A stretch of DNA of 64,000 bases from an uncultured archaeon (lineage in GTDB: Archaea; Asgardarchaeota; Thorarchaeia; Thorarchaeales; Thorarchaeaceae). This document shows, piece after piece, positions 1-8,873 of this stretch. The DNA lies in contig CAYYQL010000002.1 in NCBI GenBank assembly GCA_964473825.1, positions 205,288-269,287 on the forward strand, given 5' to 3'. The notes under the pieces are model-generated. The model saw only the letters and a program-made list of their open reading frames with translations. It did no database searches and was not told where the DNA came from. How positions within the stretch are numbered: position 1 is the stretch's first letter; the number at the start of each line of letters is the position of its first letter. Both the position numbers and the translations under genes were made by a program.

Positions 1-1
1 G

Positions 2-547
2 TCTGTTCTTTCTCAAGAAGTGGAAACTCACATCAACAAATACGGTCTAAATGCAGTTGTACACCCGCCGTTTTGCAGCGTCTTGTTACGAAACGGAAGA
101 ATCAAAGAATATCCGCTCTATCATTATACGAAATCTATGGAGTCCGGCCTCACTGTTCTAACTCATGGCGACGTCTGTTTCGATATGCAAGAGGGTGCTT
201 CTATCCTTAGTGGGGACACGATAGTGACTCATTTGACAAGAAACCTGAAACCCAAGAGCGTACTTATCGGAACGGACGTCGATGGAGTGTACAAAGGAGA
301 TCCCAAGACCAATCCAGATGCACTCTTTGTTCCGGAGCTCGACAGCTCGAATTTAGATGAAATTGTTCGGTTTGCTGGCCCATCAGGAAGTACTGATGTC
401 ACTGGTGGTATGAAGAGAAAACTAGAAGGGCTGGTTGATGTTGCGAAGTACACTGAGAAGATTGCAATATTTAATTTGACAATATCGGGCCGTCTTCAGG
501 CTCTACTTCAACACAAACAGACACGATGCACCACAGTTATCGAATGA
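2..547 (+). CDS. ipk: Isopentenyl phosphate kinase (amino-acid kinase family), 5'-truncated by the window edge
   Basis: Motifs THGDVCFD..ILSGDTIV, GTDVDGVY and DVTGGMKRKL; frame is open back to the window start. Confidence 0.85.
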   Translation, partial: SVLSQEVETHINKYGLNAVVHPPFCSVLLRNGRIKEYPLYHYTKSMESGLTVLTHGDVCFDMQEGASILSGDTIVTHLTRNLKPKSVLIGTDVDGVYKGDPKTNPDALFVPELDSSNLDEIVRFAGPSGSTDVTGGMKRKLEGLVDVAKYTEKIAIFNLTISGRLQALLQHKQTRCTTVIE

Positions 548-549
548 AA

Positions 550-3500
550 CTAGTTTCGAATCGTGTTCAAACTCTTATCCAGTGTGACCAATTCCAAGTT
601 CTTAGGATTGACAATGCTCTCATCCATGTACTCTGCAGCCGAGAGAATACATACTATCTTCGTGGATTTGCATTTCCTACACGCAATGTCACCATGCATT
701 CGTTGAAGGGTTGTCAACTGCTGCTGAGTTGGAAACAATACATAGGACGTATCTCCAGAACAAAGGTCATAAAACTCATGACCAACATGTATAGGATTAG
801 ACTTCGCTAGATGATTTCTCAGAAACTCCAACGTTTCTTTTCGGAATCTCTCAAGTACCCGAGTATTGACAATCCAAAGCCCTTCTTCCATCTCAATCCA
901 TGTATCATTGGTTTCATTTCTTATTGCAGTCAGCATCTCATCAGCAAGTAATTCTGTCAAGGCCTGTTTTCCAATTTCTTTGCGAAGGGGAACCGACCTA
1001 GATTGAGAGCTTTGGAGAGAGGTAGTTTCAATGAAGTTGATAATATCATCCCACGAAACTAGACCACTCTTAAGTTCAACAAAGTCTTGCAGCAGTCCCA
1101 ACCATATTCGTTTTTGCACACGATCTGTGGATCTTCGATGCAAACCATCGTACTTCTCTGCTGCACCTTTCTCAAAAACAGATTCCGATTTCTCTACGAC
1201 GTCAAGATTCTCTCCTAATTCGGCAGGATTTCCTATTGGGCGTTCCAGAGTTTCTAGGAGTCCATCAAGAGAGCTTGGAAAGGCTGAAACGACACTGACA
1301 TTCTCAAATCCATTAATATCACTTATGAATTCTCTCAGTCTTGCCGCAGCAAGACTGCCCCTTACGACCACATGCATTGTCTGTACATTGTTGCCAAGAC
1401 TAGTCATCTGCTGACGGATAGTTTGCAGTATGCTATCAATAGACGACGACTTGAGATGCTGTGCAAAAATCAACACTGCTGTTTCATCCAACAGAATCCT
1501 GCACCCGGCTAGACCAACATCTTCGACACTTAGGTTACTACTGGAATCCACTCTACTAATGATGTAGTCTTTAATCACCCTCTTAATCGACTCTAATCCT
1601 TTTCCCGGCAATGCAAAGATAAAACCACCGGGCATTAATGATATCGACTCTCGCTCTATTATGGACCTAGAGATTAGTGTTTGAACTAGACTTTCGGCTT
1701 CATCCTCGGTGAAATCGGGTTTGACTTTGGCAATTAGCCTAGTCAAATCCTCCAGTATCACGGTTTTCTCTGACGCAAGGAAAGCCACGATATGACTAGT
1801 CACTTCTGAGATGCTTGACTCTAAGGTTTCTTCCTTTGACGGGAAATCTTCAGACTCGTTTATGCTTTCGTCTACAGCAATCACCTTAGAGTCAAAGATC
1901 CTGTCTTCATTATCGAAAGATGTTGATGGCTGCAAAGTTGCTATTTCAAAGGTGCGACACTTGGGGATAGATATTAGAGCTCTACCCACTTCGAGACCGC
2001 GGAGATATTTTTCCTGTTCTTCATCAAGAGAAAGAAACCTAGCTCCTACTTCGCTGTCATAGGGCAGACGGAAAACCACTTTTGTTGCAGTATTGGCAAG
2101 AATGTTTGATGAAATCGTCGGCCTCGTTGAAACAACAACTACACCTTGCCCCGTTGCTCTCTGAAGCAATACCATTGATTCCCCGGTTGTAACATCGGCA
2201 GCCGTATTCCTTGTGTAGCTCTCAGGTACAAGATTACTCGCTTCTTCCAAGACAACTACATGTTCTAGGTCCGAACTAAGCCCACGTTTCATTGCATTTT
2301 CAAAAATGCGTTTAGCTACCAGATTGTACAGTAATCTCGCTGCATCCATACCACCCACCCTTGCAACATACCTTAGGTCAAATATCACCCTGCTCTTCAG
2401 CAAATCCGAAATCCGAATCTTCTTTCCTTTATTGCCAAATACAGACTTCAGTGGCTCTCTCGTAAGGATTTCTAATCTATTGAGTAGCGCATCTCTAGTC
2501 ATCTGACCCGAACGATCGTTTCCGGCCAACTCCTCAATCTTCTCTACAAGGATGGAAACAGAATCCAGCTCACTCTTTATGCTCACTGTTTCAATGACTG
2601 CATCCCTGAGAAGCTTTTCCATCGCTGGAGACAAATCAGATGAGGTTCCTCTTTCTCTTAGAAGCTCACGCAGAATCACAAAGGTTGTATGAGCAGTTTC
2701 CTTCGAATCTGTTTCACTATCGATTAGCTCAATCACGAAGTTGGGATCAAGGCCAGGTCGCAACATCAATACCGGGGTATTCCCACAATTCGTAAGATCA
2801 CTATATTCAGAGCCTTTTACATCAAATATCCACCAAGGCATTTCTGTCTTCTGACTCAATTGGGCTATCAACTGCCTCACAAGAGTTGTCTTGCCGGTTC
2901 CGGTTGCTCCTAGAACCGCCATGTGTTCCACCAACCAGTTCCTTCTGAGACCCACCGGGCTGAGGTTTCTTTCCTCATAGATGGCCCAGCCAAGCTTCAA
3001 TTCATGATCTATCTTCTCTCGTGAAGGAATCTCAAATACGGGTGTATATGACTTAGAAATGACAGGCAATCTTTGAACAGGGAGATTGACGTAAGCAACT
3101 AAGTCATTTGTATGTATGCGCTGTTTCTTGATGTGCCCTCTAGTTATCATTCGATAGAGTGTAGGGCGATCAATCTTGTGGCTCCCCATCTCAAAGCTTT
3201 CATCATTCCCCCACAGCGATGCAACTATTCCATCCAAGCTATTCATTGTCGAACGAGATTCATCATCGGTCTCATATTGCACTTGAATGTAGACGGTGGA
3301 ATCATACCAGCCTCCGTCACTCTGTATGTTTCTATACTGGCCTAACAGTTCTTGTTTTTCGGCTTGTTCTGCAAGCGAATCATCCTTTCTCTTCTCCTTT
3401 GTTCTAATCTTCCGCCATCTTGACTCCAACTTCTTTCTCTCTCTTCCAGGTCTTGCAGCAGAAAGGGTACAAACCAACAAAGCATTGGCCTTCTGTTTCA

Positions 3501-4263
3501 GAAGAGTTGACATAAACCTACCAATCTGAGTTGCATTGGATTTTGGTGAACATCTTGGCCTGCCCTTTAATAGAAGAAGCACTTTTCCCACATTAGAAGA
3601 CCAGCTCGCATCTCCACTCAAGTTACTCCTTGTTACAGCCTGTTCCAACTCGATGCCCTTTAATTGTCGAAGCTCGATCTTCTGCAACGAGGACATGATG
3701 ATCGCTTCGCACCTTGTGGCTTCTCTTTGTAGAATTCTCTTCAGTGCATTCACAGAGTTAGCCGTTGTTGTAACGAACAGTCGAACAATCGGTTGGTTGT
3801 TTTCGATACCTGCCTCAAATGTGACTCTAACTTCGTCTTCCAAACCAGCTCGTATAGCTAATAACATCGATGTATCATATACTGCCTCCCCCTCTTCATC
3901 TCTTAGCGCCGATATCGAAGTGGAATCTATCTGAAGACAGCATGTTCCTACATGATGATCTCCCATTGATACAATAACCAAATCATCATCAGTTCCAACG
4001 ACAACATCCTCTAAGGCTACTCGTATGGCCGTCCCCATAAGTACGGCCAATACTGGAATCGAACACAGCATCAACTCAACTGCAAGCTTGAAGGGATAAC
4101 TAGGTGCATTGACCATCCCAAGAATAGGAAGAAAGTAAAAGGCAATCGCATATACACTTGTCAATATGGCCCCTGCTGGCCAAACATATCTGACTAGCTT
4201 GTCGGCCGTTTGTCGAAGATGCTGATCTGCTTTCCCACTCGCGAACTCCACTATCCGATTCAC
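550..4263 (-). CDS. Membrane-anchored VirB4/HerA-like (DUF87, CedB-like) P-loop ATPase with a long C-terminal extension
   Basis: Two N-terminal hydrophobic helices; Walker A HMAVLGATGTGKTT; IFDVKGSEY; Walker B VVVLEEA; VVVSTRP..ILANTATKVVFRL, typical of FtsK-HerA/VirB4 ATPases. Confidence 0.8.
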   Translation of the reverse strand: MNRIVEFASGKADQHLRQTADKLVRYVWPAGAILTSVYAIAFYFLPILGMVNAPSYPFKLAVELMLCSIPVLAVLMGTAIRVALEDVVVGTDDDLVIVSMGDHHVGTCCLQIDSTSISALRDEEGEAVYDTSMLLAIRAGLEDEVRVTFEAGIENNQPIVRLFVTTTANSVNALKRILQREATRCEAIIMSSLQKIELRQLKGIELEQAVTRSNLSGDASWSSNVGKVLLLLKGRPRCSPKSNATQIGRFMSTLLKQKANALLVCTLSAARPGRERKKLESRWRKIRTKEKRKDDSLAEQAEKQELLGQYRNIQSDGGWYDSTVYIQVQYETDDESRSTMNSLDGIVASLWGNDESFEMGSHKIDRPTLYRMITRGHIKKQRIHTNDLVAYVNLPVQRLPVISKSYTPVFEIPSREKIDHELKLGWAIYEERNLSPVGLRRNWLVEHMAVLGATGTGKTTLVRQLIAQLSQKTEMPWWIFDVKGSEYSDLTNCGNTPVLMLRPGLDPNFVIELIDSETDSKETAHTTFVILRELLRERGTSSDLSPAMEKLLRDAVIETVSIKSELDSVSILVEKIEELAGNDRSGQMTRDALLNRLEILTREPLKSVFGNKGKKIRISDLLKSRVIFDLRYVARVGGMDAARLLYNLVAKRIFENAMKRGLSSDLEHVVVLEEASNLVPESYTRNTAADVTTGESMVLLQRATGQGVVVVSTRPTISSNILANTATKVVFRLPYDSEVGARFLSLDEEQEKYLRGLEVGRALISIPKCRTFEIATLQPSTSFDNEDRIFDSKVIAVDESINESEDFPSKEETLESSISEVTSHIVAFLASEKTVILEDLTRLIAKVKPDFTEDEAESLVQTLISRSIIERESISLMPGGFIFALPGKGLESIKRVIKDYIISRVDSSSNLSVEDVGLAGCRILLDETAVLIFAQHLKSSSIDSILQTIRQQMTSLGNNVQTMHVVVRGSLAAARLREFISDINGFENVSVVSAFPSSLDGLLETLERPIGNPAELGENLDVVEKSESVFEKGAAEKYDGLHRRSTDRVQKRIWLGLLQDFVELKSGLVSWDDIINFIETTSLQSSQSRSVPLRKEIGKQALTELLADEMLTAIRNETNDTWIEMEEGLWIVNTRVLERFRKETLEFLRNHLAKSNPIHVGHEFYDLCSGDTSYVLFPTQQQLTTLQRMHGDIACRKCKSTKIVCILSAAEYMDESIVNPKNLELVTLDKSLNTIRN

Positions 4264-4450
4264 ATCCTTCTTAATTCAAGCCTATAGAAGCATACTCTCA
4301 ACTCAGAGACTGATTCAGTACGATTCAATATGAACACCCCCGAGAATTCCAGGAACCGGTTCATTGGAACTTCAGATTGCCAACCAACAGCAACCATCTG
4401 GAATGGAGAGACACAGACCGCGCCTCTATTGAAGAGAAATTACCATATTA

Positions 4451-4475
4451 TCCCAGAGGAACGAAAAGAGGGGGT
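4451..4475 (+). promoter_or_regulatory. ORB-like motif (candidate Orc1/Cdc6 binding site)
   Basis: TCCCAGAGGAACGAAAAGAGGGGGT resembles the archaeal ORB core (TCCAnnnGAAA/C) followed by a G-string, in a divergent intergenic region. Confidence 0.3.
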
Positions 4476-4594
4476 TAAATTCTCTGCTCGTGAGAGATTT
4501 GTGAGAAAGCCGGCCAGTTCCCAGAAACAAGTCGGGATCATTTCCAGTTTCTGAAGGGGCACTCTATAGTCTGCTTACTCAAGACCAGCTGCAG

Positions 4595-6565
4595 GTGAAT
4601 ACAAGTATGGGAAACCTAAGAATCCTTACCATATCGATGATCTTGATTGTAGTCGGGATGATATATTCGTCGCCCATGGAAGAGGCAGATGGGGGCATCC
4701 AAGTTGCCTATCGGGGAGAGTACACGAATCTAACAGCGCAACTGCTACAGAACGGTACATACGGCGACCCGGTGATAGGGGAGCCAATCGAATTCTATGA
4801 GGAAACAACAGACACTTTGTTGGGAATCAGTCTGACAGATTTCCAAGGCTACGCAACTCTTGAATGGCACGTTCCATTGAATCACACATTAGGGACAACA
4901 CTTGTAAACGCAACATACCGAGGTAATGAAACCATCTTTCTTGCTCCCTCCTGTCAATGGTTAGAAGTCACTATCTATATGCGCACTAAGTTGAAAGCCA
5001 GCGTATCTGATACGCATCTAGCACCAGGTGACCTACTGTTCATCTCTGCAGAGTTACGAAATCAACAAAACGAAACATTAGGAAACGAAATACTGGAGTT
5101 ACGTTATGGAAACAACACAATGGCCACGACTTACACCAATTCCTCTGGTCTGGCTAGATTCCTAATTCATGTTAACAATTCTTGGGCGTATCTTGGCGAG
5201 AACACACTCACAATCAATCATCCCCAGAATCCTGATACCTATACCTCACAATCCTGGGATCTCATAACAGTTACTGTCAATAAAGTGACATCTTGGATAG
5301 ATTGTACCCATAATCACCTAGAAACGCTATCTCTTGGGGATTCCTTGAATCTTCACATTAGACTCAATTCCACAGAAGGACATCTGATTCACAAGAATCT
5401 ACGATTTTACTTGAATGGGGGTCTCTATACCAGTCTGCAAACAAACTCAACAGGTAACGCCGAACTACTCCTAATAATGGATGAATCATTCACCATTGGA
5501 CCCCAACACTTGGAGGTACGTTTCGAGGGCACTGACAGATATACCTCATGCCAAGAAGTCATCAGCTTCGATATACTCACATCAGTACTTGTTTCAGTAC
5601 AACAGCCCAATTTGCCAATTATTGCGATGAATACTACCTTGAAGATCCACGCGCATGACCTTTTCAGACGGCCGATTTCCAATGTTGTTGTCCAATTCTA
5701 TGACAGAACAAGTAATTTGCAAATATCTATGAATTATGAGCCGCCATTTATCACCATCGAGTTTCCTGTTCTTCCACCCAAAGGTCCTCACGATATCCAC
5801 ATTAACTTCGCAGGAAATCCATACCTTTCCAATGGGTCCTTGAATTATACCATCTATTGCTGGTCTTGTCCTGACTTCAGTAGGTTAAACTATAGCATAG
5901 AGGGCTATGCTTTTCCTGGTCAGGAAATTATAGTGGAAGCTCAACTACGGGATTTTAACAGTTCTCTCTCTCGGCACCCCGTAGATTTGCTAGTAGATGG
6001 AGTGCACACACTAACCACAAGAACAGACAGTGGTGGGGATTTCAAAGCCAGTCTTGCGGTTCCATTGCATCAAGGCGCCCACAATATGACTCTTATCTCC
6101 CATAGGATGGAGCCAAACTACATAGCAGAATCATTGGTTTCATACAGCTTCATAGTCACAAACAGAATCCCTGTAAGGGTTGTTCTGATTGAGCAGCATA
6201 TCATCCCCCCTCTGAAGAGCATTGACGTTACATTAGAAGCCAAGGCGCTCAACGGCAGTTACCCCAATGGTCTGATTATTCAATATAGATGGTTAGATAT
6301 CGTCCAGACGAGCCAGTCCGACCACTGGGGAATATTCCAATTACAGCTGCCGCTGCCTAGCCTCCCCGGGCTATATCATCTGACAATAGGCCTTCTACCG
6401 ACATCCTATACTAGAGCTCTTAATGACTCGATTCTGATTAGTATTTCTGAAGACCAAATCCTTGCTGCCCAAGGAGTCGGAATTCCTATCTTAACTCTTA
6501 GTCTAACTAGCTCGTCGGTATTGGCCATGATACCCTTTCTAAGAAGAAAATACCTTATCGGATAA
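4595..6565 (+). CDS. Secreted, C-terminally membrane-anchored Ig-like repeat surface glycoprotein
   Basis: N-terminal signal/TM; beta-rich repeats (TDFQGYATL, TNSSGLARF, TNSTGNAEL, TDSGGDFKA); many NxS/T sequons; C-terminal hydrophobic helix followed by RRK. Confidence 0.7.
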   Translation: MNTSMGNLRILTISMILIVVGMIYSSPMEEADGGIQVAYRGEYTNLTAQLLQNGTYGDPVIGEPIEFYEETTDTLLGISLTDFQGYATLEWHVPLNHTLGTTLVNATYRGNETIFLAPSCQWLEVTIYMRTKLKASVSDTHLAPGDLLFISAELRNQQNETLGNEILELRYGNNTMATTYTNSSGLARFLIHVNNSWAYLGENTLTINHPQNPDTYTSQSWDLITVTVNKVTSWIDCTHNHLETLSLGDSLNLHIRLNSTEGHLIHKNLRFYLNGGLYTSLQTNSTGNAELLLIMDESFTIGPQHLEVRFEGTDRYTSCQEVISFDILTSVLVSVQQPNLPIIAMNTTLKIHAHDLFRRPISNVVVQFYDRTSNLQISMNYEPPFITIEFPVLPPKGPHDIHINFAGNPYLSNGSLNYTIYCWSCPDFSRLNYSIEGYAFPGQEIIVEAQLRDFNSSLSRHPVDLLVDGVHTLTTRTDSGGDFKASLAVPLHQGAHNMTLISHRMEPNYIAESLVSYSFIVTNRIPVRVVLIEQHIIPPLKSIDVTLEAKALNGSYPNGLIIQYRWLDIVQTSQSDHWGIFQLQLPLPSLPGLYHLTIGLLPTSYTRALNDSILISISEDQILAAQGVGIPILTLSLTSSSVLAMIPFLRRKYLIG

Positions 6566-6569
6566 GAAT

Positions 6570-6678
6570 TGGTGCTCCGGCCGGGATTCGAACCCGGGTC
6601 GAGGGATCGAGAGTCCCTCATGCTGGGCCGGACTACACTCGGTTGATTCATGCACATTCATGAAACATCTACCGGAGC
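6570..6678 (-). tRNA. tRNA-Glu(CUC) with a 31-nt BHB intron at position 10/11 (intron 6638..6668); CCA encoded
   Basis: Spliced GCTCCGGTAG|TGTAGTCCGGCCCAGCATGAGGGACTCTCGATCCCTCGACCCGGGTTCGAATCCCGGCCGGAGCACCA folds as a full cloverleaf; central helix CGGT/ACCG with bulges AGA and AGT. Confidence 0.9.
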
Positions 6679-6753
6679 TTTGGCAAGCCAGTTCGGAGCG
6701 ATGTTTCACCACATAGTATCCAAAATAAGGCTTTCCGTCCGAAAACAATCGGA

Positions 6754-6957
6754 TTACGGAAGAAGGTCTGTAAGTCCACTCCAACTGTCTTCCAATAGAT
6801 GAAGTAATCCATTCACGACTTCTTGTGCCCACCCAGTGGCCTGCAATATCACCGCAATCACAATGGAAACAGTGACAACGGCGATACCAAGAAGCAGACT
6901 CTCTTCTACAAGAGGCCCGCCATTCTCATCAGAGAGCAATTTTCCCTTATCGCACAC
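6754..6957 (-). CDS. Flp/Tad-like small pilin (class III signal peptide)
   Basis: LLSDENG|GPLVEESLLLGIAVVTVSIVIAVI: DExG cleavage site, Glu at +5, long hydrophobic helix; 67 aa; directly downstream of a pilus ATPase gene. Confidence 0.65.
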   Translation of the reverse strand: MCDKGKLLSDENGGPLVEESLLLGIAVVTVSIVIAVILQATGWAQEVVNGLLHLLEDSWSGLTDLLP

Positions 6958-7028
6958 GGTCTTTTCACCCTGAACTCTCTTCTTCCCAGGGATATTTTAA
7001 CTCCCCTAGAATCAAGACTCACTAGGTA

Positions 7029-8741
7029 TCAACAGGCACGACTTGATGATTCAAGGCAAGAAACTGTCTGTTCCTGCAGGTGCTCTGTGGCTTCATGTGG
7101 TTCCATGAATCTCATTGTCCCTATCCTTGCAACTAGATTCTCGTACATGAAATTGAAATCCTCTAACCCATCTTCCTCGCATCGCAACCAAACCGCCCCA
7201 TCCTTAATCATTCTGTTCGGAAGATCCGCATTGGAATCGTTAGAGTATAGTATGTTGAGTCCTCGAAATTCAATGCAACCATCCTTTCTTCCTCTCCTGA
7301 CCTCAACAATCTCGCTCACGTATCTGCGAGAATCTCCCGGGTTCGGTCTTCTCATTGTTACAATAAGGTCGAGCATCGCAAGGCTAGTATTGACAATATG
7401 GTGATTCACCCGGAATCTCGAAATCAAAGATGATGCAGAATCACTATGACAGGTATTAGCACATCTCAGTCCGGCAGACAGAGCATGAAATAGCGCATGA
7501 CTATGTTCTTTCGTTTGAATCTCTCCGAGGATGACATAATCTGGGGAGCGGTGTAGGGATTTGATTATCTCCCGAGTCTTATCGGAAACCCCTTCCATCT
7601 CATCAAGAGGATCCACTTGAATCCTAGTTTGATGCTGATTCGGATGAACCCGACTTTCGATAGCATCTTCAATATAGATCTTCCTCCATACTGAAGGTGT
7701 TATCTGGTCTAGAGCGTTTAGTAGGGTAGACTTACCTGTTCCTGGTCCTCCTGTAATAACAATATTCTGGCGTAGACGCAATGCAAGGATAAGGAGAGCT
7801 GCCCCCTCAGCCGAGATTGTTTCATTATGAATCAGATGAAACAACGTCATTATCTCCCTTCTTGCTCTTCTTATCTGCATCTGAAAACCATCGGGACACA
7901 GGGGCATAACAGCCATCGAAACCCGGAGGTTTGCATCTAAGAAGCCCACTCTACTCTTGAAAGAAGGGTTTCTCCTGTCGAGGTGGTGATTACTCTCCAG
8001 CCTAGCAAGTGTCACCATCGGCTTGATTGCGCTTCTTGGAAAAACCCAATCTGATTTGCACCGTCCCAGACGAGCATGATCGAAATAGACTTGAGAACCC
8101 GGGCTGTCAATGAATATCTCCTCAATTTCGTCGTCTAGTAATAATGGAATTATTGGAAATAGTACAGTTGAGCTATGACTTGCAATTTGGGAAATAGTAT
8201 CTCTCGTCGGTATGCTTATCTCTGGCAGTGATTCTTCCAGTTCTTCACACACTTTGTGTTGCAGATATCTAACTCTCTGCGTCAAAGATTCTGTACAACG
8301 CAACAGGCCTCTAGAGAACTCTGGGATCCTACTTGTCATCTTATCTAAGAGAACACTTTCAAGGTTAGACCTGAGTTTGGGAAGTGCAAAATAACACATC
8401 TCATTCTCACAACCCGCCTGTGTGAATATTGATACGTAAGGTCCTATAATATAGGCATCAATGACCCCATCTGTTTCCAAATTCTTTCCCATAGTATTGT
8501 CTATCCAGACCTGCTCCCAATCTCCAGAACACCAAGGCGGATTTGGTGGGACCGCGTTGTAGTCGGTAGGAATATACATGAAACCCCTCTCTCTCTCCAC
8601 AATGATGGGCGTCAGCTGTTCAGCGCTTTCCCTAGCAAAAGCTAGTACAGAACACTTACCATTTCGACTATTATGACAGTTATCGCATCTTTCCGGCGAA
8701 CACATCACCAGATTCACATATTGTTTCGTCATGCTAATCAA
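7029..8741 (-). CDS. Type II/IV secretion-pilus assembly ATPase (TadA/CpaF/VirB11 family)
   Basis: LLLDDEIEEIFIDS; Walker A ITGGPGTGKST; Asp box YIEDAIE; SLHRSPDYVILGEI; NTCHSDS; Cys-rich N-terminus. Confidence 0.85.
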   Translation of the reverse strand: MISMTKQYVNLVMCSPERCDNCHNSRNGKCSVLAFARESAEQLTPIIVERERGFMYIPTDYNAVPPNPPWCSGDWEQVWIDNTMGKNLETDGVIDAYIIGPYVSIFTQAGCENEMCYFALPKLRSNLESVLLDKMTSRIPEFSRGLLRCTESLTQRVRYLQHKVCEELEESLPEISIPTRDTISQIASHSSTVLFPIIPLLLDDEIEEIFIDSPGSQVYFDHARLGRCKSDWVFPRSAIKPMVTLARLESNHHLDRRNPSFKSRVGFLDANLRVSMAVMPLCPDGFQMQIRRARREIMTLFHLIHNETISAEGAALLILALRLRQNIVITGGPGTGKSTLLNALDQITPSVWRKIYIEDAIESRVHPNQHQTRIQVDPLDEMEGVSDKTREIIKSLHRSPDYVILGEIQTKEHSHALFHALSAGLRCANTCHSDSASSLISRFRVNHHIVNTSLAMLDLIVTMRRPNPGDSRRYVSEIVEVRRGRKDGCIEFRGLNILYSNDSNADLPNRMIKDGAVWLRCEEDGLEDFNFMYENLVARIGTMRFMEPHEATEHLQEQTVSCLESSSRAC

Positions 8742-8873
8742 TCCGGATGAGATATCCTCTCACTTTGTACAATACTCATATCGTGTCCAAGCTCGAAATC
8801 AGGACACAATAATGATAATGGGGTAGTTTCACATTGGTGTTGAATATATGCAATATAATCTCCAACCAATCAG

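Noticed and set aside
6406-6832. ORFs 6406..6657 and 6539..6832
   Set aside because: Overlap tRNA-Glu and neighbouring genes; no protein-like motifs
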